DNA from: Edaphobacter aggregans
Lineage (GTDB): Bacteria; Acidobacteriota; Terriglobia; Terriglobales; Acidobacteriaceae
Assembly: GCF_003945235.1 (NCBI RefSeq)
Contig: NZ_RSDW01000001.1
Span: 3,120,001 to 3,152,000, forward strand
Direction of reading: 5' to 3'
DNA: 32,000 nt
Numbering within the stretch: position 1 is the first letter of the stretch; each line of letters begins with the position of its first letter. The position numbers and the translations under genes are program-made. Shown here piece after piece: positions 15,817 to 23,930 of this stretch. Below the pieces are notes generated by a model. It was not told the origin of the DNA. It saw only the letters and a program-made list of their open reading frames with translations, and searched no databases.

Positions 15817-15834
15817 CTCCTAAGTGATTAGGAG
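15817..15834. promoter_or_regulatory. Candidate operator dyad in the blaI / TPR-gene divergent region
   Basis: Perfect inverted repeat CTCCTAA-GTGA-TTAGGAG (15817-15834) overlapping the blaI RBS. A third TTAGGAG half-site lies at 15871-15877. Confidence 0.4.
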
Positions 15835-16040
15835 GTTAGGCTGAGTAGCTCAAATTTGTCAACTAAAAACTTAGGAGTAAAGAGGTGGTGTGGCCGACGA
15901 GCTCTCCGATAATGCATCGTCCTTGTCGAGCTAGATTACGGGTGTGAAGCATGGATGGCTGGATGCCGCGAGGTATGGTCCGGCGGCATCGTTATAATCA
16001 GCTTCGCCACGCGAGGCTGTATAAGGAGTCTTCGGAAAGC

Positions 16041-17315
16041 ATGCTGCGGTTCATTCTCGTCTTCACTGCCATTGGGTCCTCCGTTTTGCAAGGCCAGGTC
16101 GCCACTCAAACTTCACCATCCGTCGTACCTCATCACGACTCCGGTTTTGAATCCGAGCGGAAGCGGGCGGATGAACTGTTCACTGCTCAAAAGCCATTAG
16201 AAGCGCTTCCGCTGTATGAAGATCTGTGTCGACAAGACTCGACGGTGGCCGTCTTCGCTGAGCGTCACGGTGCGGGTCTTCTGGCCAAGGAAGCGACGCT
16301 CTCTGATCCATCCGCGCGGATGGAAGTTCATCTGCAGGCGATGAAAGAGATCAAACGTGCGCAGTCTCTTGGGGATTCCAGTGCGTATGTTCGCGCAGTT
16401 CTCAACGCGGACACGAAGACGCTCGTAGGGGCCGTCCTCGCGGGGATTCCCCTCTCCGTTGGCTATTCCTATCACGGAAAACCCGATGCGCAGGCTGTCT
16501 TTCACGACGCAGAAGCTGCTTTCGGGCGGTCTGACTGGACCGCTGCCGCGAAGCTCTACACACAAGCCGCAGCCCTTGACCCTGGCTGGTACGATCCGGC
16601 TCTGTACGCTGGAGATTCTTTTTTCCGGACGAAGGACGTTTCCAATGCCGGCACCTGGTTTGCCAAGGCTATTGCAATCGATCCCGACCGTGAAACTGCG
16701 TACCGCTACTGGGGCGATGCGTTGTTCCAGGCGGGGGATCGTGATGGGGCTCGCGAGAAATTCGTAGAAGCCGTGGTCGCCGAGCCTTATGGTGCTCCTC
16801 CCTTTTCCGAGATTGGGCAATGGGCTCAGCGTACCGGTCATCAACTCGTCAAGCCTGCCATCACGCGGCCTGCCTTTGACACTCCGCAGGGCGTTCTTCG
16901 AATTGATCCGGAGCTTGCGGCTTCCACCAAGGATGGGCGATCTTCGTGGGTCATCTACCAGCAGTTCCGCGTGGCTCATGGGGCTCGTACGCTGAATCAG
17001 GCCATTGTCGCGGGCGCGTCGGATGCCAATGCTGTCATTCGACCCACGGAGTATCGCCACACGATCGCCGAAGAACACGCAGCACTGCGTGCCATGCTCG
17101 ACGACATCGACGCAAAACTCAAGGGCGATACTCTTATCGAATCGAACCTCGATCCTTCGATCCGCAATATCAGGAATCTCGAAAAAGCCAACGTTCTCGG
17201 TGCCTGGATTGCAATCAACGCTGCGGATGCGGGTATCCGCTCAGACTATCCTGACTATCGTGCTCATCACCGGAAGCATCTGATCGACTACGTCAACGGC
17301 TACCTGATCCGCTAA
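16041..17315 (+). CDS. Secreted hypothetical protein with TPR-like repeats
   Basis: The ATG at 16041 is preceded by AAGGAG (16023-16028) and gives a signal-peptide-like MLRFILVFTAIGSSVLQGQ. The central region AAAKLYTQAAALDPGWYDPALYAGDSFF...WFAKAIAIDPDRETAYRYWGDALFQAGDRDGAREKF is TPR-like. The 15951 start in the ORF track adds an implausible basic extension. Confidence 0.6.
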   Translation: MLRFILVFTAIGSSVLQGQVATQTSPSVVPHHDSGFESERKRADELFTAQKPLEALPLYEDLCRQDSTVAVFAERHGAGLLAKEATLSDPSARMEVHLQAMKEIKRAQSLGDSSAYVRAVLNADTKTLVGAVLAGIPLSVGYSYHGKPDAQAVFHDAEAAFGRSDWTAAAKLYTQAAALDPGWYDPALYAGDSFFRTKDVSNAGTWFAKAIAIDPDRETAYRYWGDALFQAGDRDGAREKFVEAVVAEPYGAPPFSEIGQWAQRTGHQLVKPAITRPAFDTPQGVLRIDPELAASTKDGRSSWVIYQQFRVAHGARTLNQAIVAGASDANAVIRPTEYRHTIAEEHAALRAMLDDIDAKLKGDTLIESNLDPSIRNIRNLEKANVLGAWIAINAADAGIRSDYPDYRAHHRKHLIDYVNGYLIR

Positions 17316-17417
17316 TCGTGTAGACCACACGTGGTTGGCTCCCTATTCGTGTATGATTCCCGCCGGAGAAGAGCTGAACTTAGGTTTCGAAGTAAGACGA
17401 GGAGTGGAAGAAGACTC

Positions 17418-18785
17418 ATGGGCAGCGACTGGACAAGGCGGGAGTTTCTTACACGAGCGGCGGCTGGGGCGACCTCGCTTGCGGTTGCAGGAGTTGCAGA
17501 GAATGTAGCTGCGCTGGCGGCAGAGCCTTTGAGCATGCGTGGCCGATTCTTGACGCACGTTTCTATTGTGCGTGTGAATCAGATTGAGGTCACTCCGGAT
17601 CGCTCGATTGGCGAAGATGAGGCGAGCGACAATCGGCCTGAGCGAATTCGGTCGAGGCGAGAGGCGTTTGCGGCGGGTTGTCCTGGCGGCAGGATGACGT
17701 GGGCTATTAGTTGGCTCGCGCTCAAGGACAGCCGGAAGGAGTACAAGGAGGCTCGGCGGCTGCTTGCCTCGTATCATGACCGCTATGGCGACGAGATCAC
17801 CTTCATTCCGGGTGGCTATTTCGCCCCGATGTACAACACGCGCGAACAGAATCGGCAGACGATTCATACCGCGCTGGGCCAGGTATCGGAGATGGTAGGG
17901 GGTGGTTACAGGCCGCAATCTCTTGTGGCGGGTTTCATGGACGCGGAGAATATGCGGCTTCTCGCTGCAGATGAAGGGATTCACGTTTGCCAAGGGCAGA
18001 TCTGGAGCCAGCACGGGATCGATAACGGAGATGGTGATGGTGGGGTTTGCTATCCCTACTATCCCAGCCGTGAGCATTATTTGAAACCGGCACAGGGGGC
18101 GGCGGATTTTATCGACTGCGTTTGCCTGGACGGCTGGACGTGCGACTTTCTGACGGCGCGGCGGGAGGGATTTCAAGGCGGCTTCAATAGCAGGGTGGGC
18201 GTGGGGCCGATTGAGACGGTGGGGAATCTTGGAAAAGTTGCCGGCCGTAAGGAGATGCTGGACACGACGGCGGTGCATTTTGATGGTGGCCATGCGATGA
18301 ATGGCTTCGGCTGGGTGACGGCGATTTGGGAGGTGTCGATTGGTCACGATGAGGATTTGACCTATTGGCTGGAGGCTGTGCGGGAGAGGTGGCCTGATAC
18401 GCAGGTGATTACTGAAGGGGAGTTCGGCCAGGAGTGGAGGAAACATACGCCGAATAATGCGCGGCTGAACTACCGTTTCGATGAGAAAGGGACTGGAGCG
18501 CCCGGGTCGGAGAAGGAGCTGGAGATTCAGTGGTTCATGAATAACGAGTTTCGACTGGCGTTGCTGCGCGATTGGACGCGTGACAGCCCTCCGATGGCGA
18601 TCGACTTTACGCGTTATGACTTGAAGGCGGAAGAGCCTCGCGGCTTGCAGCGTGAGTGGAGTCTGATGAACGTGCTGAATCAGAAAGGCATTCGTCCCCA
18701 GGACAAACCTAGACGGTTGCGAGAGTTCACGATCGAAGACCAGCGCCGCATCTATGCTCGATACCCCGAGCTAAAAAACCGGTAA
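17418..18785 (+). CDS. Tat-exported protein of unknown function (possibly carbohydrate-active; family not recognised with confidence)
   Basis: The ATG at 17418 gives the twin-arginine signal MGSDWTRREFLTRAAAGATSLAVAGVAENVAALAA (consensus T-R-R-x-F-L). 455 aa with G/T-ending codon usage like its neighbours. No catalytic motif that I can name. Confidence 0.65.
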   Translation: MGSDWTRREFLTRAAAGATSLAVAGVAENVAALAAEPLSMRGRFLTHVSIVRVNQIEVTPDRSIGEDEASDNRPERIRSRREAFAAGCPGGRMTWAISWLALKDSRKEYKEARRLLASYHDRYGDEITFIPGGYFAPMYNTREQNRQTIHTALGQVSEMVGGGYRPQSLVAGFMDAENMRLLAADEGIHVCQGQIWSQHGIDNGDGDGGVCYPYYPSREHYLKPAQGAADFIDCVCLDGWTCDFLTARREGFQGGFNSRVGVGPIETVGNLGKVAGRKEMLDTTAVHFDGGHAMNGFGWVTAIWEVSIGHDEDLTYWLEAVRERWPDTQVITEGEFGQEWRKHTPNNARLNYRFDEKGTGAPGSEKELEIQWFMNNEFRLALLRDWTRDSPPMAIDFTRYDLKAEEPRGLQREWSLMNVLNQKGIRPQDKPRRLREFTIEDQRRIYARYPELKNR

Positions 18786-18793
18786 GTTAGGGT

Positions 18794-19402
18794 ATGGCGC
18801 TAAACGTTCAAGAGCAGTTTGGACAGATCGATATCTACGTCTTCGATCAAATCCTTCGTGGAAACATAACCTCTGAAATGCGGGTACTTGATGCGGGATG
18901 CGGATATGGACGCAATTTGGTGCATCTGCTGCGAGAAGGCTGCAATATATTCGCGCTGGACGCAAGCCGCGAAGGTGTTGAGCATGTCCGTCAGTTATCT
19001 GCTTCCCTGGGAACCGGGCTGCCTGCAGAGAACTTTCAGGTGGGACTCATTGAGCAGATGCCATTTTCAGATGCATTCGCGGATGTCGTGATTTGCAATT
19101 CCGTGCTCCACTTTGCGCGAGATGATGAGCACTTCAGGACGATGTTGTCCGGTCTGTGGCGCGTTTTGAGGCCCGGTGGGATGCTCTTTTGCCGTCTGGG
19201 TTCAAGGATTGGAATGGACTTTGAACGGGTACGGGGCAATATCCATGTCATCGGAGATGGCTCGGAGTGGTTCCTCGTGGATGAAGCGATGCTCCTGAAA
19301 ATTACTGATGAGATGAACGCTGTTCTGGTAGATCCGTTGAAGACGACGGTCGTTCAGGACTATCGCTGCATGACAACGTGGGTGGTGCGAAAACGGCGTT
19401 AA
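18794..19402 (+). CDS. Class I SAM-dependent methyltransferase
   Basis: Motif I VLDAGCGYGRNLVHLL, acidic loop IFALDAS, motif III/IV DVVICNSVLHF and LRPGGMLF. Located 8 nt after the upstream stop. Confidence 0.85.
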   Translation: MALNVQEQFGQIDIYVFDQILRGNITSEMRVLDAGCGYGRNLVHLLREGCNIFALDASREGVEHVRQLSASLGTGLPAENFQVGLIEQMPFSDAFADVVICNSVLHFARDDEHFRTMLSGLWRVLRPGGMLFCRLGSRIGMDFERVRGNIHVIGDGSEWFLVDEAMLLKITDEMNAVLVDPLKTTVVQDYRCMTTWVVRKRR

Positions 19403-19450
19403 ACCTCATTTTTCTTTGCCAGAGGCGCAGCAATGGCCTAGATTGCTTCT

Positions 19451-20752
19451 ATGGCAATGAATGATCGTCGCTCCTTCCTGAAGATGACGGCCCTTGCGGG
19501 GGCGTTTTCGTCGAACAGTCTCTTTCGCCAGGCCCATGCGGCGGACTGGGAGGCCGCGTCCCGCTCTGTGGACCATCTGGGGGCAGCAGAGGCCGCTCAG
19601 AATGAGGACTACTGGAGTGTGATTCAGCGGGGGTACTCGGTGAGCCCGCAGATCATCAATCTGAATAACGGTGGCGTGTCGCCCGCACCGATTGTTGTGC
19701 AGCAGGCGGTGGAACGCTACAACCAGATGACGAATGAGGGGCCGTCCTATTTTATGTGGCAGATCCTCGACCAGGGGCGGGAGCCGCTGCGGCAAAAGCT
19801 GGCACGGCTGGCGGGGACTTCGGCTGAGGAGATTGCGATCGATCGCAACTCGACTGAGGCGCTGAATACGATCATCTACGGGATTCCGCTGAAGGCTGGG
19901 GACGAGGTAGTTGGGACGAAGCAGGACTATCCCAACATGATGAACGCGTATCGGCAGAGGGCCGAACGCGACGGCATTGTTTACAAGCAGATCAGCTTTG
20001 ATTTCCCCGTTGAGGATGTCGACACGATTGTGAAGGCGTATGAGCAGGCCATGACGCCGCGCACGAAGCTGGTTCATATAACGCACATGGTTAACTGGGT
20101 GGGGCAGTTGATGCCGGCGCAGCAGATTGCCGATATGGCTCATGCGCACGGGGCTGAGGTGATCGTGGATGGGGCGCACTCGTTTGGGCTGATGGATTTT
20201 AAGATTCCGGATTTACATTGCGATTACTTTGGGACGAGCCTGCATAAGTTTCTGTCGGCGCCGATTGGCTCGGGCATGATGTGGGTGAAGAAGGACAAGA
20301 TCGAGAAGATCTGGCCGCTGACCTGTTATGGAGATCCTCGCAGCAGCGATATTCGTAAGTTTGAGGCGCTGGGAACGCGCAGCTTCCCCATCGAGCAGGG
20401 CATTGGAGAGGCGATCAATTTCCATGAGGCGATTGGGTCGAAGCGTAAGCAGGAGCGCATTTTTTATTTGAAGAACTACTGGGCGACGCGGGTGAAAGAC
20501 GTTCCCGGGGTGAAGCTGCATACGTCGCTGGATCCTCGGTTCTCGTGCGCGATCTGCGGAGTCAGCATTGAGGGTGTCCCGCCGCGTGATCTGATGAACA
20601 CGCTGTTTGATCGCTACAAGATTCACACGGTCAGCATCGACTACGAGAAGATCCACTGCATCCGCGTGACGCCGCATGTTTATACGACGATCGCGGATTT
20701 GGATAAGTTCGTGAGCGCTATGGGTGAGATTGCGGCGAGTAAGAAGGCTTAG
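19451..20752 (+). CDS. Tat-exported class-V aminotransferase-fold PLP-dependent enzyme (cysteine desulfurase / isopenicillin-N epimerase-like)
   Basis: Twin-arginine signal MAMNDRRSFLKMTALAGAFSSNSLFRQAHA. Fold-type I class V features VHITHMVNWVGQ, IVDGAHSFG and the PLP-lysine motif GTSLHKFL. Confidence 0.8.
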   Translation: MAMNDRRSFLKMTALAGAFSSNSLFRQAHAADWEAASRSVDHLGAAEAAQNEDYWSVIQRGYSVSPQIINLNNGGVSPAPIVVQQAVERYNQMTNEGPSYFMWQILDQGREPLRQKLARLAGTSAEEIAIDRNSTEALNTIIYGIPLKAGDEVVGTKQDYPNMMNAYRQRAERDGIVYKQISFDFPVEDVDTIVKAYEQAMTPRTKLVHITHMVNWVGQLMPAQQIADMAHAHGAEVIVDGAHSFGLMDFKIPDLHCDYFGTSLHKFLSAPIGSGMMWVKKDKIEKIWPLTCYGDPRSSDIRKFEALGTRSFPIEQGIGEAINFHEAIGSKRKQERIFYLKNYWATRVKDVPGVKLHTSLDPRFSCAICGVSIEGVPPRDLMNTLFDRYKIHTVSIDYEKIHCIRVTPHVYTTIADLDKFVSAMGEIAASKKA

Positions 20753-20785
20753 TCGGTATCGCAGCATTCTGCACGCTGTTCCGCT

Positions 20786-21205
20786 TTATTGGATATCGGC
20801 TTCCTCGACTGTGGGGGCCATGGGAATGGTCGAGTCCACTTTGGTCAGCCTGAACAATTCCACGACGCGTGGGCTCGCTCCGGCGATAATCATCCGGACG
20901 CCTTTGCCCCGGCAGTGAACATAATGACTGACTATCCTGCCCAAGCCGGTGGAATCCATGTAGGGGACATCGGTCAGGTCGAGGATGTTGAGGGCTGGCA
21001 GTTCTTCGCTTGGCGTCGATTGGAAACTCAAAATGTTGAGCAGGCCGATCGGGGCTAACGTGCCGAACATATCGCGCGCGGTGAAAGGTCCGCAGAGACG
21101 AAAGATCACTGTGCCGGGAGCTTTGCCTTCTTTGCGTTCAATAGTAAAAGGAGTAGATTTCCAAACCTGAGCGTGATTCGTCTGCATCATTGACCCTTCT
21201 TGCAC
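20786..21205 (-). CDS. STAS-domain protein (anti-sigma-factor antagonist, SpoIIAA/RsbV-like)
   Basis: LDLTDVPYMDSTGLGRIVSHYVHCRGKGVRMIIAGASPRVVELFRLTKVD carries the conserved DS(S/T)GLG phosphorylation loop. The start may instead be the ATG at 21190 or 21187. Confidence 0.85.
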   Translation of the reverse strand: MQEGSMMQTNHAQVWKSTPFTIERKEGKAPGTVIFRLCGPFTARDMFGTLAPIGLLNILSFQSTPSEELPALNILDLTDVPYMDSTGLGRIVSHYVHCRGKGVRMIIAGASPRVVELFRLTKVDSTIPMAPTVEEADIQ

Positions 21206-21257
21206 CTCGGACGCCGCTGAACTACAGCGATTCTGATGTTTGAAGCATTATAAGAAC

Positions 21258-22061
21258 TCAGTGGGCTTGTTGATGAGGGAGGCTAAGAAGTTCCCTTACC
21301 AAGGAGCAGAGGCGTTCGAGGTCGTCCAGGGCCTGGCATCCCACGATTTTTGCGGATTCGCCGTGGTATCCCTCGGCTGCCAGGTAGAGGACATTGGTCA
21401 GGCTCTGCAAGGGATTGTTGATCTTGTGCGCGAGTTTGTTTGCCATGGCGGCTTCAGCGACGAGGCCTGCCCGTTCCATGAGCAGTTTTTGTTGGCGGAG
21501 CTGCCGGACTCCGATGGCGGCGAAGTCCGCGAGGATCTCCATGATGGCGACGTCGCCCTGGTCGAAGGCCTCTTGCCGTTCGTGCGCCAGGATGTAGATG
21601 GTTCCGCGCGTTTCGTCTGTTTGCCACGGAAACATAAGTCCGTCGGTCACAATGGGTGCCGTGATGCCGAGGATATCGAAGTAGCGCTTGAAGGCGCGGA
21701 CATGCTGAGGCCCTCCGCGCTCCAGACAGATCCTGCAGCCGCTGTGATAGTAGGGGAACACTGCGTTGTACATGTTTGAATACCGGCCTGCGATGGCGAC
21801 CCACTGGTAGTACGCATCTTCTGTCCGGTCCTCTTTCTCGACGCTGATGGCGGAGCTGTCTGCGCCGCAGAGCTCGACGGCGGTCTCTACCAGGACTTGC
21901 AGGATGTTCTCAGGATGCTCGACCAGTGCGTGGGCGATGCGGCGCATGCCCTCGGGAATTACGGTGACGTTGCGCAGGCGAACGAGCCTTGTAGCAAATG
22001 CACTATCAGACTGGAGGTCGGTCACTTCCAGCCCGGTATCAGCCGATGATGGAGAGAACAC
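21258..22061 (-). CDS. GAF domain + histidine-kinase DHp (HisKA-like) domain protein lacking a catalytic HATPase domain
   Basis: GAF-like core (ILQVLVETAVELCGADSSAISV...GTIYILAHERQEAFDQGDVAIMEILADFAAIGV). It is followed by the H-box AAMANKLAHKINNPLQSLTNVLYL. The protein ends about 45 aa later with no N/G1/G2 ATP-binding boxes. GTG start. Confidence 0.75.
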   Translation of the reverse strand: MFSPSSADTGLEVTDLQSDSAFATRLVRLRNVTVIPEGMRRIAHALVEHPENILQVLVETAVELCGADSSAISVEKEDRTEDAYYQWVAIAGRYSNMYNAVFPYYHSGCRICLERGGPQHVRAFKRYFDILGITAPIVTDGLMFPWQTDETRGTIYILAHERQEAFDQGDVAIMEILADFAAIGVRQLRQQKLLMERAGLVAEAAMANKLAHKINNPLQSLTNVLYLAAEGYHGESAKIVGCQALDDLERLCSLVRELLSLPHQQAH

Positions 22062-22211
22062 GCTTATATGAGCCTCTCGATACTGCAGTTTTTTGGTGCT
22101 GCTCAGGCCCTGGGCTGGCGTGGCGAATCGACCACCGTCTCACCATATGACCTCCGGTCGCCCGAAGACGTCAAGGAAATTCGGACTTATCGATAGCGGG
22201 GTATGTTGAGC

Positions 22212-22242
22212 GGCCCCGGTAGTCTTGTGGACTTGCCGGGGC
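22212..22242 (-). terminator. Stem-loop immediately 3' of rnpB (terminator/processing hairpin, no U-tract)
   Basis: 8-bp GC stem GGCCCCGG (22212-22219) / CCGGGGCC (22235-22242). Begins about 8 nt after the predicted RNase P RNA 3' end on the minus strand. Confidence 0.4.
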
Positions 22243-22249
22243 CATCAGG

Positions 22250-22707
22250 TTTGCAGACGGCCCGTAAGCCGAATTCTGTTCTAGACGATCATTCCTCTAC
22301 GCGACGCATTACTGCGGCGCTTTAGCAACCTACCCGCAGGTTTTGGCTCCCCGAAGGGTCTCTCCGCCTGGGCGCATCGGGCCGATACGCTTGCTGCCGC
22401 CTGGAGAGGAGCGGCAACATCCCTGCCTATTTGGTCTTGCTCCGTGTGGGGTTTACCCTGCCGCGACCATTACTGGGCGCGCGGTGCGCTCTTACCGCAC
22501 CTTTTCACCCTTACCCCGGGCCGCGTGCATGGCCGCTTGCGCGGTCATCAGCCTGAGGCGGTATGTTCTCTGTTGCACTTGCCGTCCAGAGGTCTTGAAA
22601 CCTCCGTCCCGGACGTTATCCGGCACACTGCCCTGCGGAGTTCGGACTTTCCTCCCCCGCCCGACGCCTTGCGACGCGAGCGGCAGCGATCATCCAGCCG
22701 CCTGCAT
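22250..22707 (-). ncRNA. rnpB: RNase P RNA, bacterial type A
   Basis: The minus strand contains the universal blocks GGAGGAAAGTCCGAAC, GTGCAACAGAGAACATACCGCC, GGTAAGGGTGAAAAGGTGCGGTAAGAGCGCACC, GGTAAACCCCACACGGAGCAAGACCAAATAGG and ACAGAATTCGGCTTACGGGCC. P1 pairing is GCAGGCGGC (5') with GCCGTCTGC (3'). Ends are approximate to within about 5 nt. Confidence 0.95.
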
Positions 22708-22862
22708 TTTAAGTGTATACCGCCGCGCGATTACTTCCGAGTAGCCGACGATAGGGAGTTGTGAGACTTCGGTTCACGCTTTGGCGTTATCGCGAGCTAA
22801 CGCAGTGAGTGAGGGAACCGCGCAGTGACGACGGCTGCAAGTTCCTGTTGTCCAGCGCTTGC

Positions 22863-23225
22863 CTAGTCGCAGTGAAAGTAGAAGCGGTTGCCATCGAGGT
22901 CTTCCACTGTGAATTGACGCAACCCCCAGGGCTTCTTTTCGAGAGGCTCAACGATTCGCGCGCCCAGCGAGCGCAGCTCGTCGTAGGTGGCATCGATGTC
23001 TGGCGCAAATACCCAGTGAACAGAAGGCTCGAAGGGTTGGCTTTTACGGCGGAAGAAGATCGCGACATTATCTCGTGACACGGCACCGATCTCCTTTCCG
23101 GGATACAGCCAACCAATCTCGAAACCAAGGGCGTCACGGTAATGCTGCTGAGCTCGTTCGACGTCCGCTACCGGCAGCTCCGGTGTCGGATGGCTGAATG
23201 TCGCTTTCAATTCCTTCTGGCCCAC
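22863..23225 (-). CDS. VOC-family protein (glyoxalase/bleomycin-resistance/dioxygenase fold)
   Basis: 120 aa. PVADVERAQQHYRDALGFEIGW near the N-terminus and RQFTVEDLDGNRFYF at the C-terminus are the paired beta-alpha-beta-beta-beta module signatures. Confidence 0.8.
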   Translation of the reverse strand: MGQKELKATFSHPTPELPVADVERAQQHYRDALGFEIGWLYPGKEIGAVSRDNVAIFFRRKSQPFEPSVHWVFAPDIDATYDELRSLGARIVEPLEKKPWGLRQFTVEDLDGNRFYFHCD

Positions 23226-23266
23226 AACGTCCTCCTATCCGCCGCGTGTGTCTTGCGCTTAGCAAT

Positions 23267-23635
23267 CTACTGGCTTTCACCGAAGTACAGGGTGTGCCCT
23301 TGATCGTCCTTGATGACGAACTCGCGTGTTCCCCAGGCCGTCTCGTGCACGTCCTTTACGAGAGGCACTCCGTTTCCCTTCAACCTGGCTGCCGCGGCTG
23401 AGACGTCGTCCGTTTCAAAGTAGAGGTGGAAGTGCTCGCCCTTATCCACGAACTCGATAGAGGGGTCCTTCACGTCTGAGAGCTTGAGGTGAAAGAGCTG
23501 ACTGCCTGCCCTAATGCCCGCGTAGAAGTCCTGGTACTGGAACTCCAGCGTTAGTCCGACCTTCGTTGTGTAAAACCGTATCGATTCAGCGAGGTCGGTA
23601 GTCCGGAGCTGAGCAATTGCGCTCGATATCTGCAT
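23267..23635 (-). CDS. VOC-family protein (glyoxalase/bleomycin-resistance fold), paralogous neighbour
   Basis: 122 aa. RTTDLAESIRFYTTKVGLTLEF ... REFVIKDDQGHTLYFGE. Confidence 0.8.
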   Translation of the reverse strand: MQISSAIAQLRTTDLAESIRFYTTKVGLTLEFQYQDFYAGIRAGSQLFHLKLSDVKDPSIEFVDKGEHFHLYFETDDVSAAAARLKGNGVPLVKDVHETAWGTREFVIKDDQGHTLYFGESQ

Positions 23636-23930
23636 CTTCCCTCCGACAGGCTGCTAACGAGGTAGACCGACCGGCTTAACCCGACGCATCGGGTCGAGGC
23701 TCGCAGCATAACGCAAGAATACCCGGGACAACCTGTCAAAGAAGAAATCTTTCCGCCGCAATCCTTTAGCGAAGTGGCTGTGGACGAATCCCCGACAATC
23801 TGATGGGCGAAGAGCGGTTTTGACGATTGCGAACGAAAAAGTGACGGTTTGCGTATAGGAAGGTGGGGATAGCCTCGCTTTCGAGGGGTTAGGGCTGGTA
23901 GTCTCAAGCCACTCCCCAGGAACGGTAGAA

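Noticed and set aside
15951-16040. N-terminal extensions suggested by the ORF track (15951 for the TPR gene; likewise 17331, 25040, 3147 and 11473 for other genes)
   Set aside because: The extensions are Arg-rich, overlap upstream genes or promoters, and bury otherwise N-terminal signal peptides. Internal ATGs with better RBS and signal context were chosen.
16197-18446. Long minus-strand ORFs (16197-17078 and 17343-18446) antisense to the TPR and Tat-exported genes
   Set aside because: They give Arg/Pro-rich low-complexity translations with no start context. The plus-strand frames carry signal peptides and structured repeats.
19406-20767. Minus-strand ORFs (19406-20179 and 20213-20767) antisense to the PLP enzyme gene
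   Set aside because: These are shadow ORFs. The plus-strand frame has the Tat signal and the SLHK PLP-lysine motif.
22343-22764. Two plus-strand ORFs of 133 and 106 aa
   Set aside because: They lie entirely over the minus-strand RNase P RNA gene, so the openness is a by-product of the GC-rich structured RNA.
23870-23925. tRNA-like or riboswitch-like structure upstream of the first MacB permease (TGGGGA...TCCCCA enclosing CCTCG-CTTT-CGAGG)
   Set aside because: It is only about 55 nt, with no D, anticodon or T-arm pattern and no known riboswitch core that I can recognise. It is probably just a 5'-leader hairpin.
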